Source: Botryllus schlosseri (taxonomy: Eukaryota). From it: a stretch of DNA of 64,000 nucleotides. The stretch covers positions 19,780,001-19,844,000 of the forward strand of contig CM119372.1 in assembly GCA_051294905.1 (NCBI GenBank). Reading direction: 5' to 3'. Below, one piece after another: positions 1 to 13,385 of this stretch. Position 1 is the first letter of the stretch; the number at the start of each line of letters is the position of its first letter. The notes under the pieces were generated by a model. It searched no databases. It was given only the letters and a program-made list of their open reading frames with translations, and was not told where the DNA came from. The position numbers and the translations under genes were made by a program.

Positions 1-628
1 CGGCCTTTTGGCAGCGATATCATCAAAAAGACGTCTACGATATCTGACTCGTTCGCTATGTTCCGGCGTGAAAAATCTGGCCGACTGCGACGCAATCATA
101 ACACCAGTGACTCGCACAATATGTGACACTGGCTTTAGGTAATTGTTAATCATACTATTTATAAACAAAATACAGTTTCTGCTGGAACTTCAAATACGCC
201 AACTACTCATAAACGTTAGAATATATCACAGTATATTGGAGGTTATTGGCGGCACATAATGTCTAGTGCGGTGCCCGCCACTAGCAGACCAGGGAGCTCA
301 TTCTGCCAGGCATGTGCCTCTCAGCTGAAAATAACTGAAACGTTTCGCATGATCCTAATGAGAAGTGCTTTGCGGTGATTCTGTTTATGTAGCACGCCAC
401 GATGTGGTTTGCGCGTCGACCAATCAATCTCATATCTACCTGTTTACTTGCGATGGTATAAACATTTTAATTTGTACTGTGGCAGACTGGCAGTCCCCCT
501 AATGTTAATGGAAAGTGGGTTTTTAGGTTCAGGATGACTTCAGTCAGCATCCGCCAGACTTCATGCGTATGTCCTTAATGACGGCATTCGGAAAACTAAC
601 TATTCACTTTATCTATCAACTGAAACAG

Positions 629-3600
629 TCTGGATTCTGTCTACGGCATTGAAAACGTGGTCAAAATGGATAGTGTCAAACCGAATTTCGACAACCTGGA
701 CGACGCTGAAATCCCGTTGGAGATATTGGAAGACGTCACTGAATTGATTCACTACGCATCGCGTAACCAAATCACCATCCAACCCAGAAACGTGGAAATA
801 GCAGTTTCCAGTTTGGAGATATACATGTCCATTATGGACAACACGATCGGAAGCTCTTCAAAACACATTTGGTCTCAGGTATATGCAATGTGCGAAACGT
901 ACAGAGGTTGTCAGTGACAGAGTACTTCTACTTTGTCGGCGTCTGCCTATAGTGCCTACTCGGTTTATTTAATAAAACGGTTATATTTTTAGACTATACT
1001 TCCACTTATGCTTGTACAGTATTTAAGGCAAAACTATAGAATTGAATGCTGGTAGGGGGCTCCGCAATCTGCATGCATACTGCCGTAACGGAATACAGTA
1101 AGTTATCTGGACAACAATGGCTGGTCTCTGGGTGGGAATGCATGTGGAATATGATAAGTTTCCAGCTTATAAGGGTGAAAATAGGGTTCCACGTTTTAGT
1201 GTGATTTTTTTATCCACCTTCAAAGGTGGGCACAGTTTTTAGAGTGTTGATTTTTTTAGTCCATGCGTGATATCGTAGAAAACACCTATATTAACGTGAT
1301 ATCGCAGAAAACGCCTATATGAGACAACACAGCATTTGACAACACCAAACACCTTTTAAGGTGTTTAGTTTTTACACGAAACGCTTTCTCTTTGGCGTTG
1401 TTACCATCAACGGAAAAATATTTAGAGTGTACTAACTTTTCACAGTTCGGATTTTCAAATGAGGAAGTTGTTTGCGACTAGATAGTATATAACTTTCTTG
1501 GGTGGAATTATCATAAAAATCGCGTGAAACAGTCCCCGTATCACGGTCACTCAATATATATTCGAAGATTGCATCTATTTGGAGTATATTTAGAGATTTT
1601 GTTCTAGTCTTGAATATGCAATCTGCAATTTCGAAAGTAGCCACCTCCGATTAACTGCTAAAAGTATGTGATCCCTTCACCAAATCTCTTTTTTGAAACT
1701 GCTTACTTGAGTACTCTTCGAACCTTCCAATTTCTACTTCCACTTGAAGTAGTTTTGATATGCTTTGGAAATCGCTAGTTCTACTTGCAATTGACTGGAA
1801 ATTACGGCGTTGCTTTTACATCTACATGAGTGAAGGAACGCTGCAGTACTTTGACCACCTCTGGTGACTCATCGTGCATTCGTTCGACCAGTGGAATACA
1901 AAGATATTCCTTTTGGACAGGTACCGGACAACCAAACGCTAGCTCGGTTGAGCAGGATACTGAAAAACAACGACAAGTACGTATGGAGCATGTCCCGTCT
2001 GTTTTTTGATTCGCCCGGGAGCGACACTGCCGTGACAAGGTTGGCTAAGGACTCCATGACATTACAATTGCACAAATCCACGGGTGTGTAACTGTGTATC
2101 TATTGATAGAACTTATGCAATGAGACATCATTGAAAATACACCAGTACTACTTAATTGGCAGGCCGTGGTACGAATGCTGAACTTTTCGGTGTTGAATCC
2201 GGACCTTATCTGTCGCTGGCTTCATATTTTAATAAAAACTAAATCTACTATTCTCACCATAAATGGATCTACTTACAGCTGCGAGTCATGCAGCGTTTTC
2301 AAACATGAAAGAATAGATTTCGCGTATGTAGGACCTGTATGACCACTTAAGAACCAAGATTTAAAGAACTTGCAAGAAATATAAATAGCTGCGACTAACA
2401 GAACAATAACTACATTTCTCTTAATGCGTTTTCTAATACTGTTTACCGGATTTTGTGTGTACTTGTACCGTACTACATTTGTATGACTGTATATTTTTCC
2501 ATGACAGTTATAAGGACCTAAACGAATTTTAAACATTTGTAACTGAAACTTTGCCAAAATAGTTGAGTAGCCCTTGCATACACTGTGCTATAGTTTGTAT
2601 TGGATTTAACTACCCTTTTTGTTTCTGCTTGAAACATAGCAATGTTATGCCATTTAGTTTAGTATATAGTCAAGTATATATATGTTCGTAAAATATAGAC
2701 TGTTCTATCCGGACTAAAATCTAGCTTAGGGAGATGAATATTACACATGCCTCACTCGTATACGCATAGCAGTCCTATACATTATAAATCGCCAACCATA
2801 CTTCATTGAATTGACCTGTCATTTCCCGTGCGTACATTTGCAGAAAATGTCGACTTTCAATTCGATGACGGCAACATAAAAACAAATTTTGACGTGGAAG
2901 GAGACGGGAGCGAATTGAATGGTAAGTATGAAATAATAAAATGCTTGACTTCGCGATATTGCGTACTTCATCGTTTGCTTACTCGAATGTGTTCAATTGT
3001 TCATATGGTGTAGTGACGGCACACTATCATCATTATTATTATTATCATCATCATTAAACAGTGTATAAAATGACAGTTATCACATCTAAAGGCTTTTTGC
3101 GCCACGGGTCAAGATAAATCAACGTTAAAGGACATTTACAATAGTCATGAAAATAACATACTTCATACGCACAAAATCAAGGCAGTATGGGTTTTCCCCT
3201 AGGGCCTAGCCCCAGAAGTATGACTAATGACTATAAGCAATCAAAGTGATGTCAACATTTTTGGTCATCACTTGCCGCCTTACACATGATATCTTTCATG
3301 CCATACCTTTCGCGCATACTTTTCCTACGTATACGTATAGCCACGAGATTGCAGGATGCATTCGCCTGGTGTATTGCTGCTAATTCTTTGATATTGTCTG
3401 CAGTGTACGCGATTCATTATGAGTCATTGGCCGAACTGATTCAAGACAAAGGAATGGCCGCCAACCGCTTGACCAACGAAACTAAGCAATGCGTGGGAAA
3501 AGGGGGAATAATATCTCTCTCCGCGCATAATCAAAGCTCCAAAGTTTCGATTCCGGTCGCTTATAGGTACAAATAGAAACCGTGATTTCCCTCCGCTTAA

Positions 3601-6600
3601 TGTCGCTTTGATAACGTTTGTAAATATGACAGGATGGGCTTCGACAGACCTGACGAACTGCAATCCTACACGAGGGCCGTATGTCTATCGTGCGAGTACC
3701 TTGATTTGGATACTGGGACTTGGAGCAAACATGGATGTGTTGTGGAGAGTGTCGATGACGGCGGTGTTAACTGCAATTGCAATCATACAACCAACTTTGG
3801 AGCTCTGATGTCTCCGGTTGAATTCACGTACAATATGACGCTCACGCAATATCAGGTTTGCGTTCTTCTGGTACCGTCCTGTGTGCAAGCTTATCAACTC
3901 AATTAACCACTGACTACCCTACTATCTGAACTATTTTGACAATATTGTCAGAGAGCCGGTGCTTGTAGGGATGTGATTTGACTGCTTTTTGTTCAAGCCG
4001 AACTTATGCAAACATTTTTTTCGAATTTATCCTAATCTTTACTGTAATCGTCTTGTTTATTGTTGTGGTATTCGTGGTCTTTCGACTAGATTGGTGATTT
4101 TACATCAGGCCGATATTCTTTATTATGGTTCCTAGTACGCTGACCTGTAGCACAGCATACTTTCGTTCTAGGCTTTTGTAAAGCGCCGATTACGTGGAGG
4201 AGGTGACAAGGAGTAGCGTGTAGATAAACCTCCAATTCTGGAGTCGACCTCGATATATATATATAGGTGATTAGTTATACACGATACGCGAGGTCATCGC
4301 GCTGGAGAATACAATATTACGATTTTGGATGTTAGTATGTATAATATTGAGTGCTTCAGAGCCGACCCAACCACCATAGCTGCTCTGATAAATTTCATAA
4401 AATCTTATATAAAGACAGCAATTTGCTGTGACACATTCTACCTATACACCGTCGCTTCGACTCCGAATGTTCACAGGCTCACGATAACTGATATTATCTC
4501 CCCGACCAAAAGGTCGGCAATCCAAATGAAACCTCTATCGGGCTTGACACTAGATTCTAGAACAGTGGTCGGGAACCTATGGCTCGCGAGCCATATATGG
4601 CTCTTTCGGGTATAAGATATGGCTCTTTGACATATTTTTAATTTTGCAGCAAACAATACGTTCATATTGTTAAATTTCTTCCACTGGAAGCTTTTCGACT
4701 GGCTCTCTTCAGCAGTGAACGCCAGTAAATGAGGTTAACCAAGTTCGAAATATATAAATAATATATGGTTAACCTCATTTACTGGCGTTCACTGCTGAAG
4801 AGAGCCAGTCGAAAAGCTTCCAGTGGAAGAAATTTAACAATATGAACGTATTGTTTGCTGCAATATTGAAGTTCTGTACCTCGAAAAGCCTATTTTTAAT
4901 TTTGTACTCAATTTTATTGATATTGCAGCAACTTGTTAGTAAATTTTCTTAACGGGCAGAATAATTATCCTCGTGGCAGCATAAACATGTATTTGAGAGG
5001 TCAAGGCAGTGGCGAATCCAGGGTGAAGGGCTCGGACCCCTTAACAAAATCCTCAAATTTAAGTTGCTGTAGCGCCAGCGAACAATATCCCTCGCGAATT
5101 CGATGTACCCGACATCGCGCTATTCGTAATCTGGATTGCACATTTCGTTGGCTGATCAAGAGAATAGCAGACACGGGGACGCCTATTTATGACAATCTAG
5201 TTTTCAAATACGCATTGTCTTCCTGATCTACGCCGAGAAATGAACTGCCTTGGAAGTAATATTCCAATTACAAATCCAAATTACAAACAACCCTTCGCTA
5301 TCCACGTCCAAATTGATAAGTAGCTTTCTAGTACTGCCGTTTAAAAGTAGGCGCGTAGTGCAGCGTTAATGTTACCACCAAATTGAGAAGTCGATCAGTA
5401 TATATTTTCGGAATCATTCCTACAGTTATCTTAGATTAATATCGGTTATTATAAATTCGGAGCTATTTACGATGAATTGCGCTATCACAGGATGATTATT
5501 AGCCTATGAGTTCTTACAGAGAAAAATGGCGCCCACGACCTATCCCATGTAGCGAGTTCGATTTATTGCTACCATTAAGTGATGGATTTTCAATTGTGAC
5601 GTAACAATTGAATGACATGTATGGCTCTTTGGGAGATAAAATGGAAAATGTCGGGCGAACATGGCTCTTCAGACGAAAAAGGCCCCCGACCACTGTTCTA
5701 GAATCTCCGCGCAAATCAACAAAGTCCGCATGTCAGTTTGCCCAGGAAAACACGAAACCCCATAGTGAATATGATTGACTGTGTGCTCACGCAGCCTAGC
5801 AAGGGCACGGATGTAGAATACGGCATCGCAATATATATTGCTACATACAGTTTGTGGTTGTTGTTTACATCGTATTGTACGCGCAAGTAACATTGTGTAA
5901 GCATTGATGTGTTGCGAATTATGACAAATCGCCATCACGAGAAATACTACATCGCTTGATAAGCACCACGCAGGAAGTGCGATACTTACTGGTGCAATTA
6001 TCTCGTAGGCGTTAAGGTAATTCGCGACGACCCGTCAATCATCACACAAGAGAACGGTCATGGGGGTTTTGGTCTAATTATCTTTAAAATGCGACTTTAA
6101 GGATTCACTTAACGAAGTACATTGTCCCCAGGTGAAGAAGATCACCAGCTATGTGGGATCAGGTCTCTCTGTACTGGCACTGGCGGCATGTCTCGTCATT
6201 TTCAACATCGTGAAACCGTCTCTTCGCAACGACCGCGTCAAAGCTCACATCAGCCTGACATTCGCCCTTCTGATCGTACACATGACACAGGTACGACTGC
6301 CGAGGCGTTAATCGCTGCGTTAGCGGAAAATCTTGCAATAATGCACAAACGTCCGCGCGCGTAGAGCGAGCGATTGACGTGGGATTCGCAAGTAGATCAC
6401 CTTCCGGAGTTCATAGACTCTGCAGCGAATGTCGTCAGCGTGTCATCAGGAAAGCGTGATTAAGTTGGCCGTGCGGGGAATAAAAGCGATGCGACAGAGC
6501 TTTGTCTCTCGTGCAGCTTGTGATGAGATGATGTCACCTGCGGCAACTGGTTGCCTCGGTAACAAGACTATGCACAGTCGTATAATGTACAACATACAAT

Positions 6601-9600
6601 ACTTATACATTAGGGCTGTTCAAAAAAATCTTTTATTTCCAAATCTTCTTCGCTAGGCGATTAAATCGTCTGGTTGCCTAAGAAACGATGCTTATACCAA
6701 ATTTGAATCCTGGACATTATTATAAAATGATAAAAATTTGGTTTCTAAAATTTTACTGGCTGCCCCATGACATTGTTAAGTTGTCTAAATAAACGATGCG
6801 TAACAATGTTGACTGAATTCGAACTGTTAGAGGTGAAAAAATAGCATTGACGGTAGATAATCCAAAAATAATAAACTAAAAGCTAGAATAACTTCGCTTC
6901 TACGTACTGGAATTTAGCTAAACTTGTTATGCATCGTTTAATTAGAGAGCTTAACGATTTCATAGGGTAGCCAGTAAAATTTGGAAAGTTTTTAAAATAT
7001 CTTATAATAAATTCAAAATTTGCAAACTGCGTTAGCTTCGCTATTACCGGCAGGAATGGATTCGAATTCGGTGTGCATAGTTTTTTTAAGCAACCTGACG
7101 ATTTAATCGCCTAGGAAGCAAGATTTGGATTTTTTTCGAACAGCCCCATTGTACACGTACAATACTTCAACTTGTACTTGAGCTTACTATACTTAGACTT
7201 TGGATGTTGAAAAGTTGGAAGTTGTTTTGGGAGGAGTTGGTATCATTTTAACGGGCGAAGTTGTTATTTGAAGATTGCACCTATTTGTGGCGTCCAACTA
7301 TATCGCGAATGCTACATTTTGCAAGTTCGGAAATAATGGTCACCTCCGATTGACCGCTGAATGTATGAGAAACCACGTCCGAATCTACATACTTGGATCT
7401 TACTCATAATCTCATTTTCTACTTCCACACGAAGTACTATTGACATATCAATGAAATCGCTACTTCTACTTGTAATTCAGTAAAAATTTCGGCATTAACC
7501 TCTAATTTTACTTGAGTTGCAACACTGACAACTTTTTCCGCCTCATTTCATGCGTCGCTTTGAGGGAAATTGGTCTGTTGTCCGGTCATGACTAAGGTTA
7601 TAGTTTTTCGCGTGGTCCGGCTTTCGGTATGTAGGAAGTGTGTTTATAGGCAATAATCGTTTTCACCGCGCAATACTAGGCTGTAGCAGGCCAACCATGC
7701 AGTTTCCGCTCTGTGACGAATGTGTGTCACTTGAGGAAGTTGAGATCTCTTTGTAACCCAGAGCTATTTCAATACTCTGCGTGTAAGCGAGAAACTACTA
7801 CACATCCCGATTCTTAAAACCGGATATCTCCCATTTTCAGCTGGCTTCGGAACTCGTGATCGGAGTCGACCAAGCTTGCTTGATCTCGGCGGTCGTGACG
7901 CACTACTTCTTGCTGGCGGCGTTTTTCTGGATGTTAATAGAAGGAATATTTCTCTACCTTTACGTGGTGCAGGTAACGGAAATTTCGATTGCTTCGAACA
8001 ATATAACGTTTTCGGAGTTTTCACCGCGTAATTGTTGCGTCAGGTCTTTGTGCACTCGTCGGTGCAGTATCTGCGTTTGATATACGTTCTCGGGTGGACT
8101 ATACCGGGATTGATTGTTATCATATCAGCGGCGATCGGGATTCCTACCGACTCATATCTTGAAATGAATCCAGTTCACGCTCCTATTTGCGGGGAAGGCG
8201 AACAGCTATATCCACCGATACCAGGTTCGAAATGAGTTTTCTCTCCAACAATATCCGGCAATAAAGAGTTTGTTTTACTATAAAGAATAAGAGTTTGTTA
8301 GAGGTACAGAACTTCAATATGTAATTGAATAATATATTCGTATTGAAATAGACCAGGATATTTTGGCTGACACTCATCAGGTGTAATCGTCAGCAACTAT
8401 AGTAGAGAATTGGAAAAAAAACATATGAAATTTCGAATAATCGAGGCGAAGAGATCGCATAAGCTCGATGTACTATTTTAGATGGTACACGAGCTCCTTC
8501 GGTTGGTGTTAGCACAGACTAGGTTGGCGTATTTTGATAAAAGTCGACTCCAAGGTACACCACTGAAAGTGTGAGAGGCTGCCGGTCGAGAGAGGCTTAC
8601 AAGATTAGCATGTCGGTTTAGTAGTTACGAAATGGCACGGAATCACGATAGGGCGGCGAGGTCTAACCAATATAGATATTAATCTGCAATCGCACATTCA
8701 GTCAAATGGCACAAGCTTACGATATTTGGTGACTTCATATCGACTCGAAATCGGAATATTCGATATGGATGACTTGACTTGACTCGAGATATATTTTGCG
8801 GTGACTCGAATGTACTGTACTGATCAGGCCAACTGAGGGAATTGTTTATTACACTTTTTCGCTGTTTGTTGAAGCTTCAATGTGAACAGGATATCTTTGA
8901 ACTCGGATCTTTAACTTGACCGTAGATCAGAATCCGATCTCAATTTTATCAAACCGGCTTGTCTCCGATCATGAAAACCTATGATCAGTACATCCCTATC
9001 AGAAGGACGCACTTATTACGCAAGTGACACCTGATACATTATATCGCAGGCGCTAACAGCAAGTATAAGAGATGCTGGCTAAGCACGACGTCCGGAATGG
9101 CGTACTCGTTCATAGTGCCTGCGTTGGTGATAATCGTGATCAACTCCGTCATCTTGGGGAAAGTTTTTCAAGTAAAGAGTGTAACCATATAGTTTCATAA
9201 GTCTCGCTATATTAACTCGCGGCATCGTACGCAGGTCTTGATGAGGGTTTCCCATAGAAACAGAAGCAAACACCGTCCGTATTCCTCTGCGTCTTCGTCC
9301 GGCGGACACGGTACCAAATCATTCACCGGAAAATATCAGAAAGGACGGGTGAGGTTATATTGGTGTTATTCGACTTACGCTGAGCAGAACGTATATTACT
9401 GCTTGATGTGTGTTTGTGGGCATTTTATTCAAACACTGCCATTTACTGTGCGTGGTCGGGTGCGGTCGTAAAATCATCTTTGCGTATAATCGTGATGTAC
9501 CCTACTCGGCAATCTTATTACCAAATCTAATATTGCCGAATCTCATTACCAAATCTATAATATTTGCGAAATATGACAAAATACAAATAGTCACGCTAGC

Positions 9601-12600
9601 CTATAGTTGACTTCCAGTCTGCTGACAGCAAACACTGAGTTATGCAATATGTGTTTGGGTCGATGGTATATGCGCAATCCACGATGTGAGAATGGTCATG
9701 TAATATCATATCGCTCTGCTGCAGTCCGTTAATGATATTCCTTTCAGTCGACAGTATAGTCGCTTATATGCAAGTTGCAAGAGCTTGCAATATAATCAAC
9801 AATAACAAATTACACTCGAGACATACAAAATGACCAAAACTCTACCGACTTAATAGGTGTCTCGAATCAATTTCACCGGCGTATATAAGAGTATAGCGAG
9901 TAACGGGGCATTGAAACTCAAAAATGTCGATCGCGGCGTGTGGCTTAATCTCGGCTGCGGCGTCACAGTAGAATAATTGGAGCTCAAACCTTAATATTGG
10001 AATTTCGGCCCGATGGACGGCTAGTTTTAGATGCATATTTCGCAACGATTAACATGCAATCACTGGGGTATAGCCTAGAGTTGTGGGTAAAGCAAACGGC
10101 GCTTTTGTCCTCTCCAACATTTCTCGCACCATTATTTCAAAAATTACACCATCCACACGAACAAATCGACCGCCTCTCCGAAATTTTCATCCTGGCTACA
10201 CATCTATTTATGCAACATGAGTTCTAAATTTGGAGGACCACGAACATACTTCGGAAACACATAACAATTCCAGCACGAACCAAAATGCGTGAGCCAGCGT
10301 CCGTGTCGCCACTCCCCCTATTTTCCGATTACTGATACTAATTATTATCTTACCAGGATAAAACCGACCCACACGCGCCTTCGCCGAAAGACAAACGCGC
10401 GACCGACAAGGAATCAAGTTACGGGGCCACGTCGCCTACAAATAACGGAACGGGTACGAAATCGCAATCCACCCGGGATCTCCTGGACGATTCTCCGGAA
10501 AGGTAGCGTATATCTCGTCATATTTTTCGTTTCATAGATTAGCCTGTAATTTCAATCACAGGTCGGTGTCACCTCAGCATTACATGCACAACCCTTCCTA
10601 CGAGCGACAGCCATCTACACTACACGACTACGACACAAGTAACAAGAATTTCGTCCGCGAAGTCAGAACCGCATTGAAAGGTACGCGTGTATTGGCGCAT
10701 CACTTTAAAATTGCCATCAGTATATGGCCTCGTATGTAAAGGAGATCGTCGTTCGTGTCAAGAGATAGTGTGAAAATATTTGGTGCGTTCGGATTTGGCA
10801 TCCGAGAAATACAACGGAAAGGCCGTGTATAGGATACTGCACGTTGTCTTCAGTCGTCACAATGATTCGAGTGATCGAACCCCATAGTCGAGCGTTAATT
10901 GTAACGATTCGAATCGAATAGTTTAATAGAGTATGATGAGAGACGATGTTTTCCAATGCTGAAGCTATACGCCTCTTGTCACCAATCATTTCATCAACGA
11001 GAATCGTAATTTAAATACTTTCTTATCGCCGCAGAAGCCTTGAAATCATCCCAACATCAAACCTTACTCATTCTTGGAAGTACATATCAACATTTCCGCC
11101 GTTGTAAGAAAAAAAATTATCAAACGGTGTATAGCACATTAATACTACAGGTCTTTATTCGTACCCGATGAGACTGAAACTAGATATAGAATGCGAATAA
11201 AGAAAATCATGTTTGGTCTTGAGGGGCGTACCGTGGATCGAAAAATGAATAATGACCATAACCATATCATGAGAATAATGTGATATTATTCAGGAGCGAT
11301 GGTTTTACTGCCTATTCTGGGAATACCTTGGATTTGTGGATTGTTGGCTTCGAGCAGTTACGTTTTGACAATGCTTTTCATCGTCCTGAACTCAACGCAG
11401 GGGATGTTCATATTCATCGTTTATTGCTTGATGAACGGAGAGGTGGGTGCTAGGCATTTTGCAGTTAGTTTTTGTAATTAGAGATGCACGCAACGCTTTT
11501 GAATGGCTACTGGAGATGTCAAGCTTATTGTTAAAAATATAGGTACAGCCTCAAAAAGAAGTGCGGTTCTATATTAGATAACAGTCATGCCGTTTAACAA
11601 TTGTGATTTTTAGTTAGAGTTTGGCTGAGTTGAAAAGTGTATTCAAATTCATTCGAATACAGTAAAGTCATCACATATGCGCTAACGAATAAGTTGTAAA
11701 ATAGTATGCGTATTGTGGTCCGTACAACAGATTCTCTACCGAATGAATACTAGTCTGCTCTCTAAATTACCGGACCATGATCTGTCACATATCGACTTAG
11801 TGTGTACGCCTAAATATACCGACACATGCCACTTCATTTTCATCCCTTGTCGTCTATGCGATATCTGTTACTTTTGATTCAGTGTGCTGCATGTCTCGTG
11901 TTTACTCGTCCTAGCTAGTATTGACCAAGGTGGGAGTCTGATTGAAAGACTCTACCCAAGTCGTTTCTTCGGATAATCGCTCAATTGTTGATTGTGGTGT
12001 TCATGGTGTTTGTCGACTGCTATGGTCATTTACACCATCTGGCCAATTTAAATATAAACCTCCGACACATAGGTAGGAATTCTGGAGTCGACCTCGGTCG
12101 GACTCGAACCTGCAACTAGGGTTGGGACTTCGGGATCAAATTTGAAATCCCGGGATCGGGATTTCCCGGGATTATCGCTCCTCAATCCCGGGATTCCCCG
12201 GGATTAGAAAAGTTGTAAAATACTCATACAAGTTACACAAATAACATTTAGTCCTTGTGATATTGAATTGACGCAAAACATAAGAGCATCAAGAGTATCA
12301 TCGTTTAGATCAGGGGTCCCAAACTCCAATTTGCTCGCGGGCCAATTTCGTAGTTTTTGATGACTCGGCGGGCAGCAGCATCAAATAGGGGTATAATATG
12401 TATTTCCCAGTAAGCCTTTTTTGTCGGACCTTGCAGATTGGCATTCCATAAACATTGTGAAAATGTAATACACTATTGTAATATTCACGGTTGCCACGAA
12501 AAAGTCATATTTTTCAATATTTTAAAAAAATATTGTTGTGCTTGGCATAATTCGGCGACATATAGGGAGGTATATAGACAGTTAGAAACCATGCGAGACG

Positions 12601-13385
12601 ACAAATGCATCGTGTCATCATAAAAGCTGTCGCAACATAATTTAGCAGCTAGTGGACGTTTGATGTGTGATAGCGATTCAGGTTTTTGGAGTGGTTTCAG
12701 AATAAAATTTCAAGTTCTCAAATCCGAAATCTGAAATTTTCGAGTTTAATATTGTCGAATGCTTGAAAAATCAAAACGCCGACGTGCGCCGTAAAAACAG
12801 TTCTGGCGGGCCGCGTGTTTGAGGCCACTGTTCTAGACAATCAGTCGAGTTTGTGACACTGCTTTATTACCAAAATAAGAGATATGGCGCTACATAAGCC
12901 TTGGTAGATGCTGTTCACAAATCCCGGGATTTCATCGGGACCAATCCCGGGATCGGGATTGCTTTAAATCCCAGGATCGGGATTTCCCGGGGTCCCAACG
13001 CTACCTGCAACCCATTGGTGTTGCAGCTGTGGATTACACCATTGCGCTATCTCGCTACAAGCGCAAAATTGTTGTTGGGATTTAAGGAAATTTCGATTCC
13101 ACGTTGCAATCCCATAAGAACACAAGTTTATTCTGTCCACCCGTGACCTCATGCACAACAATTGACACGAATCTTATCAGGCTATCATATCGCTCTACGG
13201 TTCGTGATGCATTTGGTATCTCAACAAGTCATCCATTTTAGGTCAGAAGAGCTCTTCGGCGACAAGTCAAGGTCGCGAAGTTGCGAAGTACGAGTGGCCG
13301 GTCCAGGGTCGGCAGCACCAGCAGCTTGAAATCTCTGAACAGCAGATTCTCTAACTGGAGAACCAAATCTACCGGAGACAAATGA
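629..13385 (+). CDS. Adhesion GPCR (GAIN/GPS + secretin-like 7TM), 5'-partial, multi-exon
   Basis: Phase-consistent GT..AG exons: 629-878, 1921-2083, 2844-2921, 3404-3566, 3633-3855, 6132-6290, 7841-7972, 8044-8224, 9050-9171, 9235-9348, 10357-10502, 10562-10680, 11294-11442, 13242-13385 (TGA). Translation contains the GPS motif CEYLDLDTGTWSKHGC..CNCNHTTNFGALM, TM1 YVGSGLSVLAL, TM3 HYFLLAAFFWMLIEG, TM4 GWTIPGLIV, CWLS, TM6 LLPILGIPW, TM7 NSTQGMFIFIVYCLMNGEV. The 5' exons lie upstream or are unresolved. Confidence 0.92.
902..1863. mobile_element. CAGAGG-terminus MITE (hAT-like) with CTACTT subterminal repeats, old copy
   Basis: Ends cagaggttgtcag / tttgaccacctctg, same termini as the copies at 34691 and 39608; no clear TSD. 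Confidence 0.6.
3633..3855 (+). other. GPS motif / Stachel exon of the adhesion GPCR
   Basis: C..W...GC..CxCxH-T|T-N-F-G-A-L-M pattern in the translated exon. Confidence 0.9.
4563..5695 (+). mobile_element. hAT/Charlie-like MITE
   Basis: TIR cagtggtcggg / cccgaccactg; perfect 8-bp TSD TTCTAGAA; related copies at 19949 and 23052. Confidence 0.88.
4644..4863. repeat. Perfect 98-bp inverted repeat with 24-bp AT-rich spacer
   Basis: 4644-4741 is the exact reverse complement of 4766-4863. Confidence 0.92.
6613..7146. mobile_element. Palindromic MITE (GGGCTGT termini), diverged copy
   Basis: gggctgttcaaaaaaatc / gatttttttcgaacagccc, with internal arms that are also reverse-complementary; shares aaatcgtc(a/t)ggttgc with 62798-63409. 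Confidence 0.75.
11950..13056 (-). mobile_element. tRNA-derived SINE interrupted by MITEs
   Basis: Removing 12117-13003 restores the minus-strand head agcgagaTAGCGCAATGG..GGTTCGAGTCCgaccgaggtcgactcc (A and B boxes); body similar to 4050-4252; left boundary approximate. Confidence 0.65.
12117..13003. mobile_element. hAT-like MITE with ATCCCGGGAT subterminal repeats, containing a nested Charlie-like MITE (12311-12830)
   Basis: TIR tagggttgggac / gtcccaacgcta; perfect TSD CCTGCAAC; inner element caggggtcccaaac..gaggccactg. Confidence 0.85.

Noticed and set aside
527..566. Candidate upstream GPCR exon
   Set aside because: Good donor, but the frame needed to join exon 629 contains TGA at 535; unresolved
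1892..1920. Alternative acceptor at 1891
   Set aside because: Phase is incompatible with the donor after 878; the acceptor at 1920 fits
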